This document shows, piece by piece, positions 1-11,892 of a stretch of 64,000 nt of DNA. The stretch lies in NCBI RefSeq assembly GCF_037042905.1, contig NC_087253.1, positions 1,550,001 to 1,614,000 on the forward strand, read 5' to 3'. The notes under the pieces were generated by a model. That model was not told where the DNA came from, did not search any database, and saw nothing but the letters and a program-made list of their open reading frames with translations. The translations under genes were made by a program, and so were the position numbers. Position 1 is the first letter of the stretch. Every line of letters begins with the position of its first letter. Origin of the DNA: Lytechinus pictus. Taxonomy: Eukaryota.

Positions 1-303
1 GCACCCAATTGCTGTTGTGAACTGAGAATGGAACACATCAGAAGGGATGATTGACACTTCTGACCCAGTGTCTAAGATGCATCCAACATTAACACCAGCA
101 ACATTGGCTATTACTGTGGGGCTGGATGACACCAAAAGGTCCTTGATATTCAAATTGGTGCCCTTCTCCTTAGCCTTTCCATCTGTCCCTTTTCCCGGGC
201 TTTCAGTCCCTGTGTTGGCACACATGAAGTGGTCACTGGTCATGGGCTTTTGGTTCCTGAACCCCACCGTTTCGCCCTCAACAATGGAGCTAGTTAGTTT
301 CCC
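1..303 (-). CDS. pol: pol N-terminus (aspartic protease), -1 frame relative to gag, truncated by the window edge
   Basis: Open frame GKLTSSIVEGETVG...PTVIANVAGVNVGCILDTGSEVSIIPSDVF contains the retropepsin D-T-G motif, with no stop before position 1. Confidence 0.88.
244..303 (-). other. Programmed -1 ribosomal frameshift signal (slippery heptamer plus H-type pseudoknot)
   Basis: G GGA AAC (303-297) lies in the gag frame just before TAA. A 6-nt spacer is followed by stem1 GCUCCAUUGUU/AACGGUGGGGU, and loop GGGC can pair with downstream GCCC. Confidence 0.8.
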
Positions 304-1226
304 GAATCTTCAATGACTGTTGTCCCAGCAGACATTTGCGGACAATTCCTTATGTAATGTCCCATTTTATGGCACTTGTAACATGCGTCATTGTTCAATG
401 ATCTCTTCTTACCAGTTTTTAATCTGCGCACTGTTTCATTTAGTGATGTCACATCTGTCTTTAGTCTTTCAACTTCAGACAAAATTGCCTTCTGTTGTTC
501 TAGTATCTCCTTAAGGGTGCTTTGTTCAGACTTTGCAGTGGTTGTTGCTGTATGGACAAACTCTGACTCCACCTCTCTAGCTCTAGGTTTTACAAAGGAC
601 ATTGGTGCTTCTTGAAACAACCGTAGAGCTTCACTACGCACTGCACTGAAACCAGATTTTCCATGGTCAAGCTGGATACGTCGAAGTTCACGCCTAACAG
701 AGGCATCGCGTGCTCCATTAACAAATTGGTCACACAACGCATGATCCTTCAACTGTGTAAGGGCAGCTCGATCTTCCTTTTCTGCAGATTTCACCATCCT
801 GCAATAGGTTCGCAAAAGTGATCTACTAAAGTCGCAAAGAGATTCTCCATCGTATTGCTTGCGATTGTGAAATTCACTGCTAAGAGTTTGGGTTGTCTCT
901 TGATATCCAAAATACAGTTTAAGGGCAGTCACAACTTCGTCGAAATCATGTCGTTTTTCATCCTGTAAGCACATAACTTCCTCTCGTGCTGAGCCTTCGA
1001 GATGATCAAGAAGTAATCTGGCCTTCTCGATGTTTGACAAATTGAATTGAGCTGTGACTTCCTCAAACTCTTCAAGCCATTCTGGAAGTGAAAGCTCACC
1101 CACACGTTCAGGATGCCCCTTAAACTTTGATAGGTGGCTCTGCGAGATTCCTTGCAGTCCCATTGATCGACGAAAGAATTGAGTCATCATATCTGTGTCA
1201 AGGGTTTGTCCTAACGTAGCATTCAT
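294..1226 (-). CDS. gag: Gag (capsid plus CCHC zinc knuckle), 310 aa
   Basis: Uninterrupted ORF with FKG..WLEEFE, LLDHLEGSA, FHNRKQ..GESL.DF and DQFVNG capsid-type motifs; CYKCHKMGHYIRNC matches CX2CX4HX4C. Confidence 0.92.
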   Translation of the reverse strand: MNATLGQTLDTDMMTQFFRRSMGLQGISQSHLSKFKGHPERVGELSLPEWLEEFEEVTAQFNLSNIEKARLLLDHLEGSAREEVMCLQDEKRHDFDEVVTALKLYFGYQETTQTLSSEFHNRKQYDGESLCDFSRSLLRTYCRMVKSAEKEDRAALTQLKDHALCDQFVNGARDASVRRELRRIQLDHGKSGFSAVRSEALRLFQEAPMSFVKPRAREVESEFVHTATTTAKSEQSTLKEILEQQKAILSEVERLKTDVTSLNETVRRLKTGKKRSLNNDACYKCHKMGHYIRNCPQMSAGTTVIEDSGN

Positions 1227-1515
1227 AGTGAAAGTAAGGCACTAATACAAATTAAAGGCACAGTTTGAAAGTAATAGGTATTGATACAACTGAAAGATTA
1301 GCTTAATTGTCACAACAGAGTTATATAATTCAGAATACTCAAAGTTCAAACCCGCCGTTAGTTTCCAGTGAACCGAGGCTGTCTCTTTACTTTCGCTACA
1401 CAAAGTCCTAAAGTTTTTATCCGTTGATTCCACATTAGCTCCTGATCTTAATACCCCATCGCAACAGACTTGGTATTGCGTAGATCCTTTGATGAACTTG
1501 GTGGACAAAGCATCA

Positions 1516-1533
1516 ATCCCACTTCTAACACCA
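1516..1533 (-). other. Primer-binding site, tRNA-Leu type
   Basis: TGGTGTTAGAAGTGGGAT, 1 nt downstream of the LTR end, complementary (one G-U/mismatch) to the tRNA-Leu 3' end ATCCCACTTCTGACACCA. Confidence 0.85.
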
Positions 1534-1534
1534 A

Positions 1535-1967
1535 TGAAAGAAAGCCAATTTCAGACTGGTTTGCAGTGGTAAAGGTATTTTAATCCATGAAAGACAGCCT
1601 CGCGCCCACACCTCTCAGTATCTCTGGTTTAATGCACTCTGGTAATTACAGTATTGTTATGTTGAGTTGTACTTTGACTGAAACTAACACGGGAAGACAA
1701 CCTTCTTCTTCAAAAGCTCAATCTCTTCTGTCCTCTTCCCGCCAATTTGTGCTCTAGCTGGCTTCAAAAGAAAACCTCCTACAGCTATTGGGGGTACATT
1801 ATTGCTACCCCCAACTGACTCTTGATTGGTCAAGAGATCAACCCAGCCAAGTATATCCAGGGATGCTTAAATGCATACCTGAATACACTTTGAACAATAG
1901 CCATTGTTCACCAAACTACAGCAAATTTAAATAGCCTGATGCAACCCAATGGGGGTAGCCATTTTCA
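1535..1967 (-). repeat. 5' LTR (~433 bp)
   Basis: TG...CA termini with 5-bp inverted ends TGAAA/TTTCA, abutting the PBS; ATTAAA at 1584-1579. The second LTR is outside the window, so the far boundary is inferred. Confidence 0.75.
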
Positions 1968-3315
1968 CATTACAACAATAACTTTATGAAACATAATGTG
2001 CTCAGGTCCTATTTGTTCATTATTCCTGGTACTAGCATTGTCTGTTTAACGAGATATACATGTACAATCATGTTGTACCAAAACGTCCTGTTTTCAAGTC
2101 AATATGCACCAAATATATATTATCGCATTTCGAGTTATTATTGTTTTATGTAGTGACATATGCTTCTTTTCATGACTACTTAAAGTGATAGCCCCATTTT
2201 AAGGTCTGTATATAAAAAAAAATCCTTGTTCGTGTTCGTGCTTACGTTCGAATTAGTGGATCGATGAGATTTGTCTGCTCTTCATGAATTCCTGAAATCG
2301 GTCATTAAAATGTTTCTTTTTCTAATGTAAATACCAAAAATGTTCAGCTCGCGCTTCGCGCTCGCATCATTTGTTTAGTGAAATACGTATGGTCATAGTA
2401 GATTCCTACAAACAAGCCTTAGAATGCCCCTCTTAAGATCTGAATTTCCTATATTTTCAGCTCGCACTTTGCGCTACTGAGATGCGTATGATAATCATGA
2501 TTACTATGACTACAAAAAGCTCTTCATGTGTTTGAATGTGATTCTAACAAAATCAGCAATCGCTTGGCACTCGCATTGGATGACTATGGTGAGATATGTA
2601 TACTCTTAATGGATTCAAAAAAAGAAATAGTCCTTAAAATGTCCCTGTTTGGGGTCAATATATACAAAATTTTCAGCTCGCGCTTCGCGCTCGCATCATT
2701 TTGTACGTGAAGTACGTATGGTCTTCGTAAATTCCTACAAACAAGCCTTAGAATGCTTCTCTTCAGGTCTGAATTTCCTAAATTTTTAGCTCGCGCTTCG
2801 CGCTCGCAATATTTGATTAGTGAGATGCGTATTTTAATCATGATTACAATGACTACAAAAGGTGTTTCATGTTTTCTAACAAAATCAGCAAGCGCTTGGC
2901 ACTCAAATTAGATGAGTATGGTGAGATATGTATTCTCTTATTTGATTTCTAAAAAATAGTCCTTAAACTGTCTCTGTTTGGGGTCAATAAATACAAAAAT
3001 TTCAGCTCGCGCTTCGCGCTCGCATTGTTTGTTTAGCGAGACAGATACGTATTTTTTTATTTTATTTAATAGCTTATTTTTACCCTTTTTAGATTTGAAT
3101 TTCAAAAATTTTCAGCTCGCGCTTCGCGCTCGCATCATTTGATCAGTGTGATACATTACATATCCGTTTAATGGCACAGTCCTTAAAATGTCTCTATATA
3201 AGGTCAATAGGCCTATACCTGGTAATTGAGCGCGCTTTGCGCGCTCACTGAGCGACTCAAAAATTTTGCTGGTGCCCCCCCCCCCCCCAATGCCGTGACC
3301 CACGGTACGCCACTG
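1968..3315. mobile_element. Non-autonomous repeat with internal sub-repeats (motif AGCTCGCGCTTCGCGCTCGCA), ending in GTACGCCACTG; probable target of the LTR insertion
   Basis: Motif recurs near 2345, 2674, 2787, 3003 and 3113, with degenerate copies near 2458 and 3228; duplicated blocks of ~330 bp. Confidence 0.6.
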
Positions 3316-4752
3316 AGTACGAGTATAGCAAGTATAGCAATGGTCCCCTGCAATACACTGCCTTTTTCATTAAATTGACCCCCAACACCATCACTTCACC
3401 CACCACGAAAATGAACGTACTAATGTTGTAAATTGGAAGTTTTAACAAAAAAATTGTCCATTTTGTCAAAAGCGCTCTGAAATTTGTCATCATTTGGGAT
3501 ATGTTTTTTTTTGTTGAAAAAATGGCTCGGTCGCTATATCCTCCCTGACCGGGGCTAATGTTAGAGTTACAAGTGTAGTTAAGGGTTAGAAGTGTCGATC
3601 CACATTTCAAGTTGTGGTTGTTGCCAAATAATAATAAAGAAGTATGCGCGTGAAGTACAAGTACGTCGAATAATTTACCATATTCTATGTATTCCATTTT
3701 TTTGGTCGAGTGCTTTTCGATTATTTTCCAAACATTTTTATATTTGCATTGCACATAATACAGTTTCTCAAGTTGCCAAATTTATTGGGGGCAAATCGAT
3801 ATGTTTCCCCAAATATTTTCATGGGGGCGATCGCCCCTTGTCCCAAATGATCGACGCCTCTGATTAGAATTATTTAACTCTATTCTCTGCAATACTACTC
3901 TATATTGTGGAATAAAGAATTTAGATAAAGTTCTCCAAATGATACGTTTCACATCGAAAAAATTCCTCCCCGATCACCATGATGTTTTTATGGGGTTGGG
4001 AGTTAAAGGTCTCTAAGTTGTGAAAATATCGCTCTTGAAATTAGGAATTTGTTGCTCGTTCACTATGCTCACTCAAATACTAAATGATGTCTGGAGATAT
4101 AGCAAGAACACAGGTAAACTTCTTGGTAGCTAGTCTTGCCCCAATTACCGTGAAGTGAAATCACATGCTCTGATTGCGTTGAAATTAATATTGACACTTA
4201 TATAAATTGGTTATGCAAAACATTTCCTTGTATTTTGAATATGTGACTTTTTCTGCTCGGTCGCTATGCTCATTCGTGTAATGTTGTAAGTATATATTTT
4301 CGAAGGGGCTGTACGTGGGCAGCTGCTTGGTCAGTATAGTATCCCACGTACACTATGCAGCCCATAATATGCTATTTTCATAGTATTGAATAAACCAACG
4401 TCGCAAATTTCTCAAGCCCCAGAAGCCCCCCCCCCCCCCCCCCCGCCCGCCCCAATAAAACATCTAGTCTAGAACTACGCCTAGATACGATGGTCTCCTA
4501 GATTCCATCAATGAAATTAGAATTTCTATCAAAAAAGTATTTCAATTGCATGATTTTAAAAATAGGTTATACAAAATTTGTTACAGGCGTTTCCGCCACG
4601 AGCCTTTGCATTCTTCTGTTAGCAAATCTTTCATAAATTTACACTCTTTTATGATGAATGATTTAGCATGGATTATATTGAAAAAAAAACTTACTTTGTA
4701 AAAATGGAAGAAAATAATGTCTTTTTGAAAAAAATGAAAACATTAAATCTTC

Positions 4753-4915
4753 CTGGACCCAATTTCATAAAGGACTTGCAAATGTTGTAACTTTGCCATT
4801 ATGGTAACTACCATGGAAACTTTAATTCTGATTGGCTGCTTAGCCTTGTTACCATGGTAGTTGCCATTATGGCAGAGTTACAACAGTTGTAAGTCCTTTA
4901 TGAAACGGGGCCCTG
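4753..4915. mobile_element. Short palindromic MITE
   Basis: Inverted ends GGACCCAATTTCATAAAGGACTTGCAA / TTGTAAGTCCTTTATGAAACGGGGCCC; related fragments near 6500-6640 and 15560-15680. Confidence 0.6.
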
Positions 4916-5310
4916 GTTTTGCTTCACGTTTAGTCACTTTAAAGCCCGTCGTGACGTAAACTCTTATTGGATGCACATTGTGACATAGCCCCATCCCTTC
5001 TCTGATAGCTCGTTAATGATGCGTTGGGCTATTGGGAAAATTAATGAAGGAAAATGGGAAAGAATTTATTTATTCTACTTCATAGGCTGACCACCTGAAA
5101 CTTTTGCAGAACCACCCTGAAAAAAAATTATTGTGCAATAAAAATTTGCACGATAGATTGCACGAAAGACAGGGGTTGCACCACGGGAGGGTGGCGGGGC
5201 GGCTCCCAGTGTTTCTTATAAGTAGTGAAAAAGAGGAGAGTGAAAAGAGAAAGGGAAAGGTAGAGCATGAAAGCGTATAAAAGAGAAAGTTGTGTGTAGT
5301 GTGATTCAAT

Positions 5311-5626
5311 GGCCCGTATTCTGAAGTCAGGTTTAGCTTAGACCGGACCATGGTCTAACTCTGTGCTAAAATTATGGGAAGCCAAAAGTGTCAAAATTTT
5401 TATTAAGTTGTATGTTTCTTATGTTTACTTTGCTCTTTCCTGATTCATCGATGGTGAAGACAACCATCTTTTTATAGTTCCTAGACAATTATGAATGATT
5501 TGAGAGCCAAATGAGCTAAAATATGATATCTCTACTGTTAGTGATTTATGCAACATTTGGCTATCCATAATTAAACCACAACTTTAAACCTGAGTTTAAG
5601 TTAAACCCGACTTCAGAATACGAGCC
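5311..5626. mobile_element. MITE with 3-bp TSD (PIF/Harbinger-like); other copies at 34475-35155 and ~51922-52193
   Basis: TIR GGCCCGTATTCTGAAGTC / GACTTCAGAATACGAGCC; flanked by AAT...AAT here and CAT...CAT at the 34475 copy. Confidence 0.75.
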
Positions 5627-7561
5627 AATGAGAATAAAAGTAAGTCGTCTTCACAGTCCCCTCCTATTAACACCCCAGTGTCTCCCCTATGTACAGAGCC
5701 CCACCCCGCTCTGTACCGTGATGGACTACCTTCGGTTTTTTATATACCGATTGTTCCATCTCCGTTTTATGAATAAATACTGAAAATCTAGATTCTATTG
5801 CAGTAAGTTTTATTGGTTCTGTTTGCGATAGCTGAGCCACAACTCTGTTTTATGAATAAATACTGAAAATCTAGATGTTGACCAGATTCTTCATTGGTTC
5901 TTGTTTTTGTTTCGTTTTAATGTTTTTTTTTTCGATATGGCTGAGGCTGAGCCATGTCCAATTAATTTATGTTTGTAACATAGAGCAAGTAGAATTGAAC
6001 TAGTTTGCCCACTGGTATCATGATAGTTGTTTATATCTTACGTTCTGAAACGAAAATGAAATTCAGATGAAATTAATCATTGTTGATCAGCCTTTTATAT
6101 TACACCGTTAAAACGTGTTTTATAATGAATTTGATTAATCTAGTGTGATAATTTAGTTAGCTTGTTGGACGTGTAAACCGTTTCTCTTGATGAAATTTGT
6201 CTGAATTTGTAATGCCCCCATCTTTGACTTGACTCGTTGTGCTAAACGTTAATACCAACACCTACTTCTTGAGTTGGAGGTTTCAATCGGGGTCTGTACA
6301 TGCAGACTATGTATAGACAAGCTGTTACTCGTATAAATACAATGATAATTAATCAAATCAATGTTGGTGATTTATTGTGTGTCATGACGGGGTTTTTTAT
6401 CACCATTATTATTTTTTTTTGGGGGGGGATTGTTATTTTGTTATTTTATCATTTTTTTTTTTTTACAGAATTTCTTCCGTTCAAACAAGCAATTCATTCT
6501 TAATGCCAGTTTGTGGTAGGACCTGGTTGCCTAAAAGTTGTTTTTTCAATGATAACTTGATTGGCTGTTGAGCATTGTTACCATGGTAGTTACTATTAGA
6601 CTGCAACGTTATCAAAATGGCATCTTTTAAGCAACTAGGGCCCTAATACATGTATATTTTAGAATGATTTATCAATCATAACTATAATATCAAGCAGCTC
6701 TGAAAATTTAAGAATAAATAAATATATTTACAATACTTACCTTAACACTGCATTTCAAAAGATAATAAATCAATTTCCCCACGAATATATAAAGTTTAGT
6801 TAACTTCCATACATATTTCTAATATATATCAATGGTGGTTCTTCCTTTGAGCAAAAGTTTGTAAAATTACCGTTTATCACGTCGTTGAAATTTAAATTTG
6901 CCTCCCTTTTCAAAATTTAAATTCCATTTGAATGATTCAAGTACTGCTAGCGACGAATCAGATTGTTAAATGCAAAGTGAATTATTGTACTAGTATTTTG
7001 TGTCGAGGAGAACCTAATAAGAAATAGGCTGTTCATTATTTTATGATTAATCCGAATACAAAAATACTTTTTTTATCATTTGGTAATTTTGCGAATATTC
7101 TATTTCTCTATGTGACCAAAACGTTTGAATAAAATGAAAATGCAGAAAAGTGATACTTTTCGAAATGCTGGATAATTTGTTGCATCTAAATCTTTACAGC
7201 ACTAAGTGACTAACCATTTTGAAACCATTTATTTTCGTTTATTAATTTACCTAGTTTTACGACATCAGTTGGTTTTTATACGTATAATGTTTGATGCAAG
7301 AAACACCTCAATCAACTAAAATTCGTGATTTCCAGAAATACTAAAAACATAATGGCCCATATTCAAGACCCCCTTTCTGAATACAGGCCAATTTATTTGC
7401 AGTTGTCTTCATTTAACATTAACGCGAAAGAGAATAGGCCTATTACTTTACAGCTTAAAATCCAAAAGTACGATTACTTCAAATTTAAGTATGTTTTTAT
7501 AATCTTTTGAAGTATGTGAAAAGGGGAAATGATTTGATATCTCTTGAAATACAGTGTCTAC

Positions 7562-10500
7562 TTACATCACCCTCTCGAGCTCGTCAACGACCTCATCGAT
7601 GGTAGGTCGGCAGAGATGGGTATTCTGCCGACAGATGTTCCCAATGGCGGTAAGATCGGCGTTGGTCGTTCGATCTCCCATCAGGGTCAACAGTCGTCCG
7701 AGCTGGAATACGTCACTCGAGACAGAGATCGGATGGTCATCGAGGGCGCATTCTGGGGCAATGTGAGTATAGATCTCCTGTAAAAAAAAGAAGTATATAA
7801 AGTCAATTAATAATCTTCTGATTAGAGTTCGATCTATTGTGATCCAAATTATACAGAAAAGCAGTACAAAAGTTTGCATCGAGTTAGAAATTTTTTGAAA
7901 GATTGCCAAATTTGATTTAAAAAATTAATTGAAAACGTGTTAAACATACCCTCCTTCGGTACTTCTCCTTATCCTCGCTGGAAAAGCAGAAGGAGAAGGG
8001 TTCAGTTCGGGAACAAGCCAGCCCAAAGTCCACTATAACCACTTGCCATCGTCCAGATGTAGCCTTTCGAAGCAAGCAGTTGTCTTCCTTGAGGTCGTTC
8101 ATCAAGAAGCCTTTCTCGTGAATCACCCCAAGTGACTTGGCAATGTCGAGAGCCAGACTGAACCTATTAGAAAAAAAAAGGATAGATAATGAATCATAAA
8201 GAAAGCAAAGGAAACTCCAGATAATCCTAAATAATTAAATGAATCATCACTCTTACCATTCTTGTTGACTCAGTGCTAACTCTCTCATGCCACGGCTGAG
8301 TGTCCAGGTCTCACCCGTAGTCGTGTCCCCGATGAAATCCATCGCAAGGCCAATCGTACCTGTACTGATCTCCAAGCACCCGAGGAAAGTCGGGAAGCAA
8401 TCCTCTCTGCCAAGAACGTCGAGGATGAAAGCTTCGGACTGGATGACCTTAACCTATCAAAATGCAAAGAGTTGGAAAATTACATCAAAATTAAAAGAGT
8501 ATTTTATTCCAAAATATTTTTTAGTATGCCTTGAGTTACAACCTTTTTTCGATTGCATTGTTTAGCCCATGTGACCCTGTCTAATGTTACGCTGTAACTG
8601 TTTTATTTTATTTTATTTTTATTTTTTAAGAGAATCAACAAACCTTCTTAGTCATCTTCTCAAAGTCGTTGGGGAGGTCGAAGGTCTTCAATGCGATGGG
8701 ATGGTCGGTAGCACGATGACGGAAGAGATGGACTGTTCCGTTTACTCCACTGCCCAGGAAGACGTCCCCACCTCCTGGAAGGAAGGACTTCAGATCGCCC
8801 ATTGCCTGGACGAAGGAAGATGGTTGGACAAGGGTAGGGCCAGTTGAATTGCTGGAAGGAGAGGTGGCTACACCAACAGCTGTGCTCACTGACGTTACTC
8901 TACAAAGAGGGTATAAACATAATAGAGCTTTATTAACTCGAGGGGTACCAACTGCTGCTTCAGAACCACTGGCCTGTGTGCTAGATGTTTGGTGGTCTAT
9001 TGACAAATTGTGAAAAACGGAAGTAACACCATTTTATCCATCATTTTATCCATGTTTAATTCATTTCACAATATTTTTTTTTTGGGGGGGGGGGGGGAAA
9101 CATGCAAAATATTTTTTAATGATGAGATAGATGGAGTTTTTCACGAATGTTATTTATTTATTCATTTTTTTTTGCGTTGGGGTTAAGTTTATATTACGGA
9201 GTTATCTGTTATAATTTTCTTTTGTATTTTTATGTTGTTGTTTTGGTACATTTATAAAATTGATTTGATTACAAACTTTTGATTTATAATTATGCTTGCT
9301 TACGCAGGTGGTAGTGCTAAGGTGTCAATGGGGGTTGTGTCTGGTGTCGGTGGGTTGTACGGTGCAGTGTCTGGTGTAGATGGGTTGTATGGTGCTGTGT
9401 CTGGTGTCGGAGGGTTGTATGGTGCGGTGTCTGGTGTAGATGGGTTGTATGGTGCGGTGTCTGGTGTAGATGGGTCGTATGGTGCTGTGTCTGGTGTAGA
9501 TGGGTTGAATGGTGCTGTGTCTGGTGTAGATGGGTTGAATGGTGTTGTGGTTGGTGTAGAGGTGGGTGCTACTCCATGGTCTAATGGTGCTGAAGACAGT
9601 GGCTGGGGGTTGCCTCCAGAATACCTGGGCGACAACAGACTTGACATTAATCTAAATGTTTAAGTATCATTTATTTAATTAATGAGCAAATATGTATACG
9701 TCTGTCAGCTAACTACTAATTTTGAATGTTCCTTTGTAAGTTTTCTTTTTACCTGCTGTTTCCCCATCAGTTTGTTAGGAAAATATATTTCGCGTTGCAA
9801 CTGCCAGGAAAAAAAATTAATGAACATTATTTTCTATACTTTATAATTTACTTATGTTTGTATCAATTTCTTTGAATGGATTTTATTGTGATTGTTTGAA
9901 TTGATATTTATTTGACATTTACCAAGAGCCTTGAGTAGCAGCTCTGTCGATAGGAGAAGAGCTATCAACTGGCTCCCAAGTCAAATCCTTGGAAACAGAA
10001 ATGGAGAGAAATTAAAAGTATCACTAAAAACTGATCTATCATTAGATGGATTCTAAAATGTAATTTGTTTGGTGAAATCGAAAATTTGAACATTTGGGAT
10101 ATTTTTCGAAGCTAACCAAAATATTGTACGAGTAGTGTTTAACAATATATAAAGGAAGTTTTTGTAGTTTCTAACAAAAACTACAAAAACTACAAGATTC
10201 CTGTTAAACAATAATGAAATAGAAGATATTTACTTGAAGATTCTTTAAAGCAGCATCTCTTTGCTTTCTGGCCTCTGCCAGTTCCACCTTCAAGACCTGA
10301 ACTTCGATCTCAGAGTCCAGGAATCGATCTTGGAAAGCCTTGGCCTTCTTTTCTGCCTGTAGCCTCCTTCCCTCTGATTCTGTCACCAGAGAGTTGATCT
10401 TAGCGAGGAGGTCTGCGCTGTCTCCATCAGGCCCAACACCAAGCTGGGAAGCCAGGCTCTGTGATTTAAATTTTAAAAAAGATTTGTTTAATTTCGCATT

Positions 10501-11892
10501 GCAAGAATGAAACAAGAATCATAAATCAATAAATCTGTAACTTGTTCTTTTATACATTATGTATAAAAATTATATAGCCAAATAATAAAGCAAAGCTGAA
10601 ACATAGTCGTCACCTTTTCATCAGTGAAATTTTGTCGAAATTCTGTTACCATAATAATATTTTTCACATCATATTTTAGTTAAACTATGGATATAACATT
10701 TTGAAGGATTTATTCCCATAAATTTGTAGATTACAAGTGAAATCTACTTTCAAGAAAAGTAAAAAGACGTACAACAATCTTTTCCTGAAGTTGCTGTTTC
10801 TCCAGGGACTGTTGCAAGCACTGCAGAAGCAGCTTGCCCGACATGTTGCCAGCTGATTCGTTGGGTGAGATGGTGGATGGGGAGAATGTTGGATCCTGAT
10901 ATGACCAACACAGCTCCTGTTTAGAATGGAAGATGTTGTTGTTTTTATTGATGATTACTATAATTGATGACATTTTAAAACCTTAAAACATTGGTATAAG
11001 GTTCAATTACGTAAATCATATTTTACTATAATTTACCATTCCATATATCATAAAAGTTTTTTTTTCGTTTGAGTCCTATTTTCATTTATATTAATTCATT
11101 AATTAATTCATTAATTCATTAATTAATTCATTGATTTATTTTCTGTACTTATACAATCTTCTATTAATTAATTTTGTTTATTCATTTGGTTATTTTTATT
11201 TTTGGTTACTTATTTACTGATTAAATGATTTTGCGTTTTTATTAAAACTATTCGTTTACATTATTTAATAATTATTAATTCATTTATTCATCAATTATTA
11301 TTTATTTATTTATTTATTCATTTGTTTGTATATTTATTTATTCATTTAGATATTATTTATTTATTTATTCATTAATTTATGATGAACCATTCATTCGTTC
11401 ATTCATTTATTTTTTTTCTTTTGAGGTATTGAAGAAAAACCTTTTTTTAATTCAATATTTCTTTATTTTTAATTCTACCCATAGATCACGTGCTTTATGA
11501 TATACTTTCAATCTAATTATCTGACAATGAATTTAAATATAAAAATGAATCTTTTGACTTACACAAACTTGATAAGCTTTACAAAATAATATTAAAATGT
11601 TATATATTGTCAGTAATGATTTAATAAGTGATCATTCATTCCAGAATGTATTGTCATTGATACAAGCTTCATTATGTAATATTTTTTCAGACAGATTAAC
11701 AGTCTGATATTCATTCCTTTTTTTTTGTTTCATTTCTATTTCATGACATTTACATATTCTAATTTGATATAATTTGCTTACATCCATGGGTTTAACCATC
11801 GGTGATCTGATGGCAGGAGAAGCTGACCCAGTACGGGGAAGAGGTCTCAGGACCCAGGGGGTAGGGGGACGGACAAGTCGATTGCAATACAT
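7562..11892 (-). CDS. Uncharacterised 9-exon gene (~582 aa): coiled coil, S/T-P decapeptide repeat, divergent non-RD Ser/Thr protein kinase
   Basis: Exons 11892-11782, 10916-10773, 10458-10234, 9987-9923, 9624-9304, 8899-8644, 8453-8257, 8163-7950 and 7777-7562 are all GT-AG and join into one 1749-nt ORF. Kinase motifs: LGSGVNGTV, IALK, alphaC E (IQSEA), MNDLKEDN, VDFGLA, HIAPE, SDVFQLG, RPT. The last four (kinase) exons are secure; the start and upstream joins are less so. Confidence 0.78.
9329..9549 (-). repeat. Coding 30-bp tandem repeat, ~7.3 copies, T(A/T)P(Y/F)(N/D)P(S/P)TPD
   Basis: Direct repeats of GGTGC(T/G/A)GTGTCTGGTGTAGATGGGTTGTAT on the + strand, inside exon 9624-9304. Confidence 0.9.

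Larger units (their letters stand above)
1..1967 (-). mobile_element. Ty3/Gypsy LTR retrotransposon, 5' part (5' LTR, PBS, gag, start of pol); continues beyond the left edge
   Basis: Order on the minus strand is LTR (TGAAA...TTTCA), PBS, gag with CCHC knuckle, then protease motif LDTGS in the -1 frame. Confidence 0.93.

Noticed and set aside
9292-9663. Plus-strand ORF with GLYGAVSGVD repeats
   Set aside because: Antisense shadow of the 30-bp repeat; splice signals and neighbouring exons support the minus strand.
9753-9800. 48-nt AG/GT-flanked possible extra exon of the kinase gene (another candidate at ~8949-8996)
   Set aside because: Both introduce a stop in the required phase; left out of the model, though a poison-exon role cannot be excluded without RNA data.
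9923-9987. DLTWEP suggests a chromodomain
   Set aside because: The rest of the chromodomain (Y-x-V-E, YLVKW) is absent from adjacent exons.
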